DNA of 64,000 bases from Octopus vulgaris (GCA_951406725.2 OX597814.1:95604001-95668000); one strand, 5' to 3'. Shown: positions 26,097 to 39,111, numbered from the stretch's first letter. Numbers and translations: made by a program. The notes: generated by a model not told the origin, from the sequence alone.

Positions 26097-28160
26097 ATAT
26101 CAAGACAGGAAAAGCCCCCAGCCCATCAGGAATCACTGCTGAGATGCTTAAAATATCTGGTGGTGTTGGTTATGGTCTCGTCACCCATATTGTAAGTCAG
26201 GTAGTTCACAATGACTGGTGTAACAGCATATTAGTCAACTCCTACAAAGGTAATGGTGATGCTTTAGATAGAAATGACTACAGGAGTATCAAATTGCTGG
26301 ATCAGGTGATGAAAGTCATGGAGAGGGTCATAGCCCAACTAATTAGGGAGAGAGTTAGCCTAGATGAGATGCAGTTTGGTTTTATGCCAGGTAGAAGCAC
26401 CACAGATGCTATATTTCTGGTAAGGCAACTGCAGGAGAAATACCTAGTCAAAGATAAACCTCTGTACTTGGCTTCTGTAGACTTGGAGAAAGCCTTTGAC
26501 AGAGTCCCCCGATCCCTTATCTGGTGGTCAATGCGGAAACTAGGGATAGACAAGTGGTTGGTAAGAGCTGTACAAACCATGTACAAGGATGCTGTCAGTA
26601 AGGTGAGGGTTGGCAACGAATATAGTGAAGAATTCTGGGTAGAAGCAGGGGTTCACCAAGGATCAGTCCTCATCCCCTTGCTGTTCATCATAGTCCTCCA
26701 GGCAATAACAGAGACATTTAAGACAGGCTGCTCCGGGGAGCTTCTCTATGCTGATGACCTTTCTCTAATAGCTGAGCCACTACCAGAACTAGAGATGAAG
26801 TTTCAGGTGCGGAAGCAAGGTCTAGAATCAAAGGGCCTTAGAGTCAATCTAGCAAAAACCAAAGTCCTAGTAAGTAGGAAGGCAGACAAATCATAAATCC
26901 CTTCAGGTAGATGGCCCTGCTAAATCTACAGAAAAGGCGTAGGTAGAAACTCCATAAGATGTACCTGGTGTATCAAAGGAAGGTTAAGTGGGAAGATAGT
27001 TTTTGTGTGCCGATGATGCACAGGGGCAATACCAAAAATGTACAGAAAACAGATTCCATCATATGCCAGGGAGAGAAACTAAAAGTAATTAATAGCTTCC
27101 GCTACCTAAATGACCAAGTCTATATTGGGGGAAAATACTCAGGGAGAGTAGCCAGTAGGCTGGGCAAAGTTTAGGAAGCAGCTACCTCTGCTGGTAACAA
27201 AGGGCCTCTCGCTCAGAGTAAAAGGTAGACTGTGTGATGCATGTGTGTGTACTGCCATGCTACATGGCAGTGAAACATAGGTCATGACTGCTGAGGACAT
27301 GTGTAGGCAGCTAGTATGATCTGCTGGATGTGTAATGTCAGTGTGCATACACAACAGAGCGTAAGCACCCAGAGGGAAATGTTGGACATAAGAAGCATCA
27401 GATGTGGTGTGCAAGAGAGACAAATGTGCTGGTATGGTTATGTGCTGTGTATGGATGAGGGGAGCTGTGTGAAGAAGTGTCACACCCTAACAGTGGAAGG
27501 AAGTAGTAGACCCAGGAAGACATGGGATGAGGTAGTGAAGCACGGCTTTCAAACTCTAGGTCTCACAGAGGCAACGACAAGCAACTGAGACCTTTGGAGA
27601 TATGCTGTAATTGAGGAGACTTGGCAAGTAAAGTGAGAAGACCTGTTGAGTCAAGTGAAATTGTAGTCATGGTCGATACCAGTGCTGCCTAACTGACACC
27701 CGTGCTTGTGGTATGTAATAAGCACCATTCAAGCATGGGTCAATGTCAGTACCATCTGACTGGCTCTCCATGCTGGTGACATGTAATAAGCACCATTTGA
27801 ACATGGTCGATGCTAGTGCCCCCCTCCCCCAAACAGGCTCCCGTACCAGTGGCAAGTAAAAAGCACCTTATGAATATGGTCAAAGCCAGTGCCCCCTGAC
27901 TGGCTCCCATGCCAGTGACACGTAAAAAGCACCATCTGAATATGATCAATGCCAGTGCCGCCTGAGTAGCTCCCGTGCCGGTGGCATGTAAAAAGCACCC
28001 ATTACACTCTCGGAGTGGTTGGTGTTAGGAAGGGCATCCAGCTGTAGAAACCTTACCAGATCAGATTGGAGCCTGGTGCAGCCTACTGGCTTACCAGTCC
28101 TCAGTCAAACTGTCCAACCTATGCCAGCATGGAAAATGGATGTTAAATGAAGATGATGAT
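26097..28160 (+). mobile_element. 5'-truncated RTE-clade LINE: RT pseudogene (26097-~27640), repeat-containing 3' UTR and (GAT)n tail
   Basis: GKAPSPSGITAEML, QFGFMPGRSTTDAIF, VDLEKAFDRVP, GVHQGSVL, LLYADDL, LRVNLAKTK, MLHGSET*, RPRKTWDEVV. Stops after 26896. Confidence 0.93.
27671..28000 (+). repeat. Five diverged 66-72 bp tandem units in the RTE 3' UTR
   Basis: Approximate unit GGTCRATGCCAGTGCC.CCTGACTGGCTCCCRTGCCRGTGRCAYGTAAWAAGCACCAT..GAAYAT. Confidence 0.88.
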
Positions 28161-30404
28161 TGAAATCTCAAGATAATGCATGATTAATCCAAAACAATGT
28201 GAATACATAAGCATTACACTCAACAAATTAATCTGAATACTAAATGGTTAAGAGCCAGATGGGAAGTAAACTGTCAAATTGTTTAATCATAAAGGAACAA
28301 AAAGTATGCTCAAATATTTAGCCTAATGAGGATGAAAGGCTTGAGACATTCTAAATTGCAAAGCAGTGTGTTCACCAGCATTAGGATATCATTGAAGAAA
28401 CAAAGCTTGAATGCAAGCTCTCAGTAACAGTTGAAAGAAAGAAGTATAGTAGCATCACTACCAAAAATAAGTGCCACATGTCATATTTCTAAGCTAAAAA
28501 CAAGGAAAAATTAATTTCATATTCATTGATTTACAAAATATCTTTGTCAGGATCCTATAATGAAATACTTCAGTAACTTAGAGAAAAAAAAGGCAGTACC
28601 ATAACTTTTCAGGGTATCCTAAACTACTGGACACCTCTAAAGGCACCCAAAACCAAGTGGTCAAGTGATGGATTAAGTTTAGATATTTATGTAAGATGCT
28701 GCACAGTGGATCAAACCCAAACTGCTGTTTGTGAAACAAGCTTCTTAACCACACAGCAATACTTGTACGTAATTTGCATACAGTAGGTATATAGTATGAT
28801 TTCAGAGAGACTGACAGTGAACCACAATTCCAAATGCACTAAATGTATTGGAATAACTACAATAGGAGCACACAAGAACTGAACTTCATGACCAGTTGAT
28901 AATGTGACCAATGCATGTAGTTCAGTTCTTGAGACTAGTTGACAGTTTGTTATCCAGGTGATCAAATTAATGTTGGTGGTAGTTAAGGTAAGAAAGAAAG
29001 GAGTGTAAGAAGTCAAAGGATTTTTCTGTACTTGCAAAAGACTAAGTATGAAACTTATTTAAGAGCAAAATACTGCAAAATGGTGGAATATCTATGAGAA
29101 CTGGAAAGATGTGAGTTAACTGTGCTTTGTTGATGAGTAAATTGCAAGAAGGGTAAATTGGAAAGCTGAGAGCTGCAGAGATTTCTTCTGGTATGAACAT
29201 ATGTGGTGAATGAATAGAATGATGAAAAAGAACTACCAGTGGCATCTAAAATCAAAAAGATAAAAGAAACAGTGTCGATACTGTACCTAACCAATGAGAT
29301 GAGATGTATACAAAAGCTACCTAGCATATGTTAGCATGGAAAAATATTTTAAAACAATATTTATCTTGGTGAGACACTTATGGAAAAAATATAACATAAT
29401 CTTGTCTTAAGCATTTTGAAATATTTTTCTTTTGGGGTACAGTTAAAATTCTTGCATTCTTCTTTTAGTAGATCAAAGACTTTTTATTTGTAGCTATTTT
29501 TAACCACACACTCCCACATTGATGATACCACTTTTCATTTCTCAAATTTCTGCACACAGGTAACACCCACATGCAATCTAGACACCTCATACTAGACCTG
29601 CACTACTTCAATGAAGAGACATTAAAAACATCCTTCATTGAGAAAGAATTTCATCTCTTTCAAAAGTACTATGACGCAACTACTACATATTATCAAGAAA
29701 GTTAAAACCAATTAAGTTTCTATAAATGATAGGCCACACAATCTTTCTTAAATAAGAATCAAACTAGCATCACAAAAGATAAGTTTCTTCTTCAAGGTTA
29801 CGAATTCAGTCCTGATAATCATACTCTACACAACAAAAACATACAAGAGAATACACAAGCCAACAAAGGAGACTATATGCTTACACACAAACACAACCAG
29901 AATGGTTACAGCTGGAAAGTCTTTTATCACACGTGCTAATTTAGGACTAACCTGGGGATAAACAACATTAAGATGCTAATTATCACACTCTCAAATATCC
30001 CCCAAAGTTGGTTGATTGCCAAAGACTCATTCATCACACAATACAATAAGCCTCATGATGTTTTTCTGTCTCTTCTACTACCACTCAACTGTTTCTGGTC
30101 CACTAGACCATTTCTACTCAAGGTTACATAATGCACTCTACAGGATTTCTATTGTACCTATTTTACTATGATAAAATCATGTAATAAACACTCAATCCAG
30201 AACTGCAGTCATCTGGAACTCACTACCTGTCTGTTTTTTTACTTCTTTTCTTATATATATCAACCTACAGAAGTTCAAAATGGGTACAAACAGTCTGGGA
30301 GTGCCTGTAGAGATTATGAACATTGTCTCCCATCATTTATTTGGCTGGTAATAACGATGATTTTACACACACACACACAGACAATTTTCTTGTATTAGTT
30401 TAAT

Positions 30405-30720
30405 GCTGCTATAGCATATAATCTAGTGATTAAGAAGTTTGCTTCACAGCCATGTTGTTTCAAGTTCAGTTCCCCTCATAGTGCCTTAGGCAAATGTCTT
30501 CTACTGGAGACCCTGGTTGATGTGTGTAAGTCTGTTCCTTACCACAACTTGACAACCAACACTGATTTGATTATGTCACCATAACTTAGAGGCTTAGCAA
30601 CTAAATTAATAGAATATGTACAGGACTTCAAAAAATGTACTGGGGTTGATTTCATTGACTAAACCTTTCAAGGCAGTGTCCCGGCACAGCTGTAGTCCAA
30701 TAATTGAAGCAATAAAAAAA
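30405..30720 (+). mobile_element. tRNA-derived SINE (family B)
   Basis: TAAGAAGTTTGCTTC...GTTCAGTTCC head, CCTTAGGCAAATGTCTTCTACT core and A-rich end; shared with 50195-50345. Confidence 0.7.
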
Positions 30721-31179
30721 AATCCTTTTTTGAAAAAATAAGCACAGGTGAGAAAAATACAAATAATCATGTGATCAACTGGTACAAGTATTTTATGATT
30801 GCTCTGTAATACTAGCCATAAAACTGTTAAGTTTGATATTGATCTTTTAGAATAGTGAAGGGATAAGAAGGGAAAAAAAAGAACAAAAAGAATCACTGTA
30901 AAAATAAATGAATAAAAACTATCAAACTTTTGTTTGGATAAATTTACTCAGTAATCTTGGCTATATTCACCATGAATTCTTATGTTCTTCCTACTAACTA
31001 CATTGATTCAAGATAGTGAACAAGATAATCTACATTCAGGGGTTCTAAATTCCACAAAGTTGTAATGATAACGAAAAAAAAGTTTTGAGTGTAGAGCTCT
31101 TGTGAACACTTAGCTGAACTTTGTATTAAATTTTATTTTCACTCTTTAATACACAAACACACACACACCCACATATATA

Positions 31180-31313
31180 TATTCTTAAAACAAGAATATT
31201 GTTGATAGTGACTTCAAAGGTTTGACCAGTGAAGCCACTGTCAGTATTTTTGACAATGGTTTAACTGGTCAAAACTTCGAAGTCATTATCAATAATGTTC
31301 TTGTTTAAGAATA
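31180..31313. repeat. Imperfect ~134-bp palindrome (~63-bp arms, 7-nt centre)
   Basis: ATTCTTAAAACAAGAATATTGTTGATAGTGACTTC...CACTGTCA pairs with TGACAATGG...GAAGTCATTATCAATAATGTTCTTGTTTAAGAAT. Confidence 0.92.
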
Positions 31314-31446
31314 ATAAATTTGTACTCTACAGAAGTATAGAGTGACCTATCAGATGAATGTAAAACTATTTTTATCTCTTATGATAAAAGGCAGGTTTTC
31401 TCTGCCTGTTCCCATGTTCCTTTTTAATACAATTCTACAATATAGA

Positions 31447-31901
31447 ATTTCTTCAATTAGAATTTACCTATGATTTTTCAAAGTAGATTTGATTGGGTCA
31501 TGGCATATAAAGTTTTTTCAATTTGACCCCCAATTAAGCAAAAATTCGAGAAAAGTAAATATTTTACGATTTGCCTCTCTAATTTCAACTGCTTCACTCC
31601 TGCTATTACCATACTTTCTCCTACTTTCTCTTTGAAAGTGTACCTTAAACCACTACTCAAAAAAAATACAAAGCAAACAGAAACAAATAAATATATAACG
31701 ATTTACTCCTCACACAATTTCTTCAATTGGAATTTACCTATGATTTTTCGAAGTACATTCCATTCGGTCATGGCATATAAATTTCTTTCAATTTGACCCC
31801 CAATTAAGCAAAAATTTGAAAAAACTCAATATTTTACGATTTCCCTCTCTCACTTCAAAGGCTTTACTCCGTCTATTACCATACTTTCTCCCACTTTCTC
31901 T
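31447..31901. repeat. Direct duplication of ~185 bp (period ~270 bp)
   Basis: AATTTCTTCAATT.GAATTTACCTATGATTTTTC...TATTACCATACTTTCTCC.ACTTTCTCT occurs at ~31447 and ~31716, roughly 90% identical. Confidence 0.9.
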
Positions 31902-32173
31902 ATACACACATAGACACGCAAACATATACATATATGACAGTGTCAATTGTTGAAAGAAAATTGTTAGCTAAGAAGGTGTGTGTGTGTGTGTGTGCGTGCG
32001 TGTGCGCGTGCGTGCGTGTGTGCGTGCGTGTGAGGGTGTGTGTGAGGGTGTGTGTGTGTGTGTAGGAAGTGAAGGATAAAAATATGGCAAGAAGTGGACA
32101 GATGTACATATATACATACATCCGTACATACATAGATATGTGTGTGTGTGTGTGTATTAATGTGTGTGTGTTA

Positions 32174-32542
32174 TCTCTCTCTATATAAAGCTGAAGTTGT
32201 CTGTGTGCGCCAGGTTTGGTAGCCTTCAACTAACACTATCTTCTCCGAGACCCTACGGCACAAGTTGACCAAAATTGAGAGTATGATAGAAGGGTTGCTC
32301 TTCCTTCCGTAGAAGATAAAATTCAAATTGGACCATGTTAACACCAAAAATTATTTACATCAAAAAGGTGCTTTTTTTCTATGAAAATCCCTAGTTTTTA
32401 CGATTTTTTCACTGTGTCGCCACTTTTCGGTGTATTTCAACCAGAAAAATGTTCACTTGAAGAGAATAACAAGCTACATAATGCAAAATTTTTACTTTTC
32501 AAAAATTCCAATTCCAGCGGAATTGCCGGGCGATACTGCTAG
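32174..32542 (+). mobile_element. Non-autonomous Helitron, ~370 bp
   Basis: A|TC 5' end (TCTCTCTCTATATAAAG); GC-rich imperfect hairpin CCAGCGGAATTGCCGGG about 12 bp from the end; 3' CTAG|T; no TSD. Confidence 0.82.
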
Positions 32543-35500
32543 TTATAACATAAAAACAAATATTAACAAGATACCACACACACACACACACACACACATC
32601 CCAAATAACATTTGGATGCTATTTATCCACCTTAAAACCTTCTGGTTAGCCATTGCTACATGTCTTTTCTAGGCTGAAATGTATGGTGCAATCACCCTGC
32701 TTTTACAAACAATGCTACTACTTAGCCAGTAACACTATTAATGATTTCACATTATAGTATAAAATCCACTCTATTTTATTGACTCTTTGCTTTAACAAGG
32801 AATGGATTATGATCCTTTCTGAACTTGGAGTACATTGTCTATCAAGCCCAAAGTTAGTTGCATCATCTTAGAAATAATAAACAATGAGTTTAACAATAAA
32901 ATATTCAACAAGTTGATAAACATTCACAAAACAATTCTGCAAACTTGTAATGGTTGCAATACTTTCATTGACTACTATGATAGGTCTTTCAGTTAAATTT
33001 CAATTTCAAAGACTAAACTTCATTATTTTAGCTCTACCATATATCATTTGAGTATAAAGACTAATTCATTCTTTACCCACAAAAACCACAATTCATTCTT
33101 AGACTTACTACCTTCACATACTTTAATAGTGCCCTTACCCTTTCTCTTCTAACATGTCATCCTCTAGCTTCCAAACCTATTTCCTACCCACTTCAAAGCT
33201 TGTTTCTTCCTTTCTAATGTCAGAAAGTAAATATTCTTTCACCATGTTTCTTCACTTAAAAATTTTTTATTTAGGTCCCAGATCAGCTTTACCACTTGAA
33301 GTTCCAAACCAGCTCTACCATTTGCAATAAAATATGAAGGTATTTTAAACAAGATGTATAATATAGTAAACCTCTGTTTGGGAAACAACTTGAGGTCTAA
33401 ATTCATATCACAAGAACAACAAAAAACTCTCAAGCAACTTACACCAATCAGATTACATTCAATGATTGACAAAGCTAAATATTTTTCCAAGAATAAAATA
33501 AGTTATCTCAAGAGAGCTTGTCATATAAACTTTCCAATGAAAATTTAATAGTCAAGTACATCATACTTAAAAGGGAATAAAAACTTTTATAGTGAAGTAT
33601 ATTACAGCCAACTTTAGTGTTGACAAGTACACATCATTGTTTACTAAAACTTGACAAACTATGTAGTTGATGAGTCATGTGATATTACAAGGTATATGTG
33701 CATGTGTAATATATACATGTGTGCATGTGTATATGAGTATCAACATGCACAAACTACATGTTTTAAAAAATCCAAGACAAATGTAATGTGATTAGACAAC
33801 AGTTTGGAACAATAAATGTGAGGAGAATAAACAAATGTAAAGACATAATTTTTTTTTAAAGGGCTTGCTCTGACATTAGCTGCCCACTCTTTAGAGAACA
33901 AATACTATTGTCCTTCAAACCATGAACTGAACTCCATTAGCAATCAGTCACCAATTGAAACCTATTCTTCTGCTATAGCCTCGGCCCAACCAATGCAATG
34001 AGTGAAATTTGGTAGACGGAAACTGTGCAAAATCCTGTTACACACACATGTATGTATATGCAATGTGTGTGATTTGTGTTCACATCTTCACACTGACATT
34101 ACTCCAATAATGTTTATGCCCAGTAAACAAAATATTTGATAACTGCTCAATATGGAAGGTCATGGAATGAAATACCTGGGGGTGAGGGTGAGAATAAAGT
34201 TGCCTATAAGAAAAGGAATACAGCTGTAGAATACTGCCCCGAGAAGTGTTGTCTATCTAATCCATGCTAGCATAGAAAAAGTGTGCAAAAAACAATGAGG
34301 ATAATGACAAAGTGTATGTGTATGTGAATATATTTATATATTTTGCTACTTAATATATGCCATCAAAGAATGGTGGAATGTATTAAGGTTACGGCCATTA
34401 GCTGTCATGCATCACACTTTCCACAGATAGCTGTAAATACATTCACTCTCTTTGAAAATCAGATGAAGGAAGCTCTAGTTGTAAATTTGTAAAGACAGGT
34501 CAAATTACCAGGGTTGTTCTTGAGTTCAGTTTGCAGAATGAGCCTTGCAACAAAACCACAGGATCTATATGCATAGTGAGACTAAATGTTTATCAAATGT
34601 ATGCATGTAAATTTCTATACAACTTATCCACAAACATGGTCCCAGTACTTTAGCAGATAAATATGCTACCAGCGAATGAACCAATATGCAAATAAGCAAA
34701 AGCAGTGTCTGTTGTTCATTGCATTTTTCTTACATAACCTTAAATAGATTGCATGAAGTAAAAACTGACAAACTTGTAAATAAGACAGGCAAATGAGTTG
34801 ATGTTTCATGTTTATATAAATTTATCATATATTCATTTTGTTAAAATATATAATATTCAAAATTTCATGTCTAATTAACTCATAAGAAAAGTTAATGAGT
34901 AGCCATTTTCATAAAAAATTAACTTGAAATATAAAGCACAGAAATTAGAAATAAACTAAGCTTTTAATTACCTTCTAAAATAAACACATGTTAATTAAGA
35001 TGAGCTATCTTGAAGGAAATAAAGTATATAATCTTTTGCAACAAATAGCAGATTGCAGCAATAGAGAATAAAATTAGTACAAAGACGAAAAAATACAATT
35101 GTAGAAAAACAAGTTGCTCTTTTGTATAATCTTTAAATGATTCCTTTCCAGTAAAAGAACTTTTGAATTGGGTAATTGATTAATGGAAAATTAAAATGTA
35201 CACACGTGTTCATATTTGTATGTGCACATGAAAATGCACATTTTAAAACAGCATGTTTTGAAATAAAAACACAATTACTATCTCAGAAATAAGAGGAAAA
35301 TGAAGAATATTGAATGGAAGATAGAATAGAATGGTTAATTACAATAGGGATTTAAATTGTTGTCTATAGTAAGATTAAAAATACCAATAAATGAAGAATA
35401 TCTAATATTATAAAAAACATTCTTAAAAAACATTAATTAAACCAGTAGAAGTATGCGGAATTGCCTGGATTTATAGAAACCACCAGAAAAAGTCACTTAG

Positions 35501-35950
35501 ACATTTGAAATTTCAAGGTAATGTCATAGGCTAAGTGTAACCCCCGACACACACACACAGTTTTATCATTTAGTATGGGATGAGACCTTTCCAGTTTACA
35601 AGCACTAAACTGGATATGTTTAGTGCTTGTAAGAATCATTTAGAATTGTTGCAGAATAGAAAAGAAAATGTAACCAACTAAAGTAGGCAGTTAAAAATAT
35701 TACTATAGTTGTTGTCAAAATGACAAAGAAAGGATACAGTTCAACAGAGAGTGCAGAATATATACTGTTTGGTACTTAAAGATTCCCTATCAGTCACAAT
35801 TTTTTGCTTGGAATATTTTTTTCTTGAAAGCCAAAAAGAAGAATTACTAGCTTATAAATGTATGAATTAATTAAACAGCACATTAGAAGTTGTAGGTTGT
35901 CTTTGTTACCTAAATAACAATGAACTACTGTTAGATGTAGGCTTTTTTAA

Positions 35951-37058
35951 CCCTTTCGTTACCAAACTGCCCAAAGCCGCTCGAAAAAAATTTTGGTTAA
36001 TGTGACCAAACCGCCCTAATTTACCTATTCATATTTAAATGAGAATATCAGAGCAAATCTCTTTAGTACATTCGTGAAAACACGTGATTATGCTTCGTAA
36101 ACAGTTCATCTACAGTTTTGTACAACGATCGACGTGTAATTTTAATTCCCTGAATTTTGGGAGATTTTTTCCCACATCTTTTTCGGCATCGATTTTTCTT
36201 CAACTTTGAAAATGGATAGGAGTTTCATGTTATCAAGCATTGATTCCGAATTGGAAAATTTGTGAAGCAAATACTGGGTACTGTTGTGGATTTAGTTTTT
36301 ATACAGGGAAACTAATGTTAGTCAGCATGGCTTAGGGTATGATGTGGTCTGGAAGTTATTGTTTGAAGCGATCAATGCGGAAACAAACTTACGCAAAATG
36401 TAAACAAACACAAAATGGGGGGTTCAAATTTTGAAAAATTTGTGAAGCAAATACTGGGTACTGCGTGGATTTAGTTTTTATACAAGGAAAATAATTTTAG
36501 TTAGCATGGCCTAGGGAACGATGTGGTCTGGAATTTATCACTTCCATACCATAACCAGGGCCGTATATTATTTTTTGACCGATTTGTTTAGTTCGGTCAA
36601 ACTTACAGTGGATTCCAGTATTTCACTTTATTCCACCTTTATGGTACACCTGTTGTGCATTAAATTTAACTGATGATATAGTGATGTGCACAATTCTTCT
36701 TTATCAAAATTTTGTTGCATACCCATTTGAATATTAGCGGATGATTCATTTTCTATGGTGATGTTTAAACAAAATTTTAATATTTTTACCTTTTGCTCAA
36801 TTTAAAATTTTAATATTTTTACCTTTTGCTCAATTTACCTGGATTTACCTGTAATTAAAGTTACTTTGAGACAAAAGTTATGCAATAGAATTGATTAAGA
36901 ACCCTTTCTTTAATTATGTTCCAAATATCACATTAATATGTTGATAAGTAAAAAAGTTACAGTTATTTAATGAAACAAGCCTAGATTCATGATTATTTTA
37001 GAATTTAATTGAAACTCATGAGGGGTGTATTTTGGTCAGAAATATAGTAAGGAAAGGG
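35951..37058. mobile_element. Non-autonomous piggyBac-type element, 1108 bp
   Basis: TTAA TSD at 35947-35950 and 37059-37062; TIR CCCTTTCGTTACCA / TAGTAAGGAAAGGG (12/14); CpG retained; no long ORF. Confidence 0.9.
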
Positions 37059-37279
37059 TTAAAGTGTAGTCGCTAGAATAAAAATGTTCAGGTTTTATTA
37101 TCTCTTTTAGGGAAATGAGTTTCTCCCTGTCCCCTTCACAAAAAAAGCAACTGTATGAAATGTGCAAAGGAAATGTCATATTGCATTGTCATGAGATTGG
37201 AGCATTTAATAAATCTGAGATGGCTGAAAAGAGAGGAACTGAATATGATTCCCTGTCTGTGAAATATTGTAACAATTAT

Positions 37280-37645
37280 TTTCAACATCCATTTTACCAT
37301 ACTTGCATGGGTCAGATGAAATTTGTTGAAGCATATTTTTTACAGCTGAGTGCTATTCTTGTTGTCAACCCTCACCTATTTCTAAACAAGATAATGTTTT
37401 CCCTTGGATTGATATGTTTCGCATGGAAGACTGGAAATGAAGAACCTTAGTTATGAAGATGACATTCATTTACAGCCATCACATGATGTCTAGACGAAGG
37501 GCATCCACAAACACACACATGACAGGCTTCTTTCAGTTTCTGTCTATGAAATCCATTCACAAGGCTTTGCTCAACCTGAGGATACAGTAGAAAACAGTTA
37601 CCCAAAAGGCCACACACTGGAAGTGTTAACCACACAGCCATATCT
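37280..37645 (-). mobile_element. tRNA-derived SINE (family B head with RTE-like tail)
   Basis: Collinear with 49430-49815; TTTCAGTTTCTGTCTATGAAATCCATTCACAAGGCTTTG core. Confidence 0.65.
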
Positions 37646-38144
37646 GCACCAATATGTATTGTATATTACTGTGTCTTTTTGTTTGTCTTTTCCAACACTT
37701 GAGAAGGGAAGTGCTGTGGCCATAACCCGATATTTATCAGGCCCTCCAAAAGTAGTAGGGTGAAGAGAAAAATCTATTCTCAAACAGGAGAGCTGACCTG
37801 AATGTTTGCAACAGAGTAAACACTACTAAAGGCATCCAAAGACCAAGTAAAGTGATGAATGAAATTAATTTGACAACCATGGAACTCAGAACACAAACTG
37901 CTAGACAAATACCATGCAACATCCCGTCCAATGCTTGAACAGTTCTGCCAATACACAACCCTGGGGAATCTATTTTACCAACCTTGAAAAGATGAAAGGA
38001 AAGTTGTTTTTAGCTAGGTCTGAACTCAGAGTGCAGCGCAGTAAAACAAAAACAGCAAAATCTTTTGTGCTTTATTCAAGCAAGTATGCCATTTCACTGC
38101 TTAGACTAGTTCTTGCAGCAGTCATTGAAGAACTACAGCAGTAA

Positions 38145-38243
38145 GTTTCTCTAATGGTCATCTAAATTCGAACTAGGCTTATCTTTATCGAACTTCAGCA
38201 ATCAGATGAGAACCAATGTTTTTAATGTGATATGGCCCTTAGC
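38145..38243 (-). pseudogene. Second, more decayed 5S rRNA-derived copy
   Basis: Reverse complement GGCCATATCACATTAAAAACATTGGTTCTCATCTGATTGCTGAAGTT... aligns with the 5S 5' half. Confidence 0.7.
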
Positions 38244-39111
38244 AAAGCACAAATGATATGGACATGTAAAGCAAATTAATGACAATTATTAGATGAAAAG
38301 TAGATATAGAGACAGTAGAAAGTGGACACATGGTTAAAAGGGCTGGTATGGTTGGACCCATGAGAAAAATGGAGTTGACAATAACAGTGATGATGGTACA
38401 TTACTATCTAGTAAATTCATATGGCTAAACAAGAGCAGTTTTGTTAATAGTTTATCATACAAATAATGATAGGAGAAATGATATGCTTAAATGCTTAAGA
38501 TTATTTAATTTTGTTTTGAGTTCAAATTCTACTGGAGTCAGTTGTCTTTCAACCTTCCAGTGTTTAAGTATTAGTCATATAATGGGATTGATTCAATAAA
38601 AAATTTCTTTACTTGAGAAAACTTTTTATATAATTCCAATGAACAAGAAATTGCTAAAACAACACCATTTACTGTTTAGTGAATAATTAAAATGTAGTGG
38701 GGATAGAAATAGGAATACATATAAACCCTAAAGTTTTTATTAGATTGCAATGGGACCAGAAAATTCAAGGGTAAAAGACACTGTAGTAGCCTTAGTAGAT
38801 ATAAATATATCTTATTAGTTGAGTGTATATTTTTGATTTGCAAAAAAACTGCCGCCAAAATAGATAAATTTTCTCTTGATCTAGCCCTTAATACCAACAA
38901 TCAAAGAATAGCTTATTCCCAAATTTGAAAGCAATAACTATATTATTGCTTCCAAATTTGTTTATATTTAGATATTTCAAATATGGTTATATTTAAACCA
39001 AGTATTGTTCTACTATCAGCTAAGATAAATGATGAATGTGCATAGAAATTGAATTTACTGCTTTAGCTACATTGATATATATGGTTTGTAACAAAAGTGC
39101 CATATGCCCAT

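Larger units (their letters stand above)
26037..28247 (+). mobile_element. Family P piggyBac-type MITE split by the RTE insertion (left part 26037-26096, right part 28161-28247)
   Basis: TTAA at 26033-26036 and 28248-28251; both halves align with the intact copy at 57581-57798. Confidence 0.75.

Noticed and set aside
26078-26896. 272-aa ORF as a cellular gene
   Set aside because: It is a 5'-truncated RTE reverse transcriptase. Its ATG comes from the flanking MITE and stops follow downstream.
27671-28000. CRISPR-like repeat/spacer appearance (also 14065-14290)
   Set aside because: Eukaryotic context with no cas genes; the 'spacers' are homologous to each other and the array is part of an RTE 3' UTR.
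33239-33490. Minus-strand ORF ending ...EETW as the missing exon 5
   Set aside because: No FLYGLG/YFHYNA motif, and the donor (GTGAAA) is weak.
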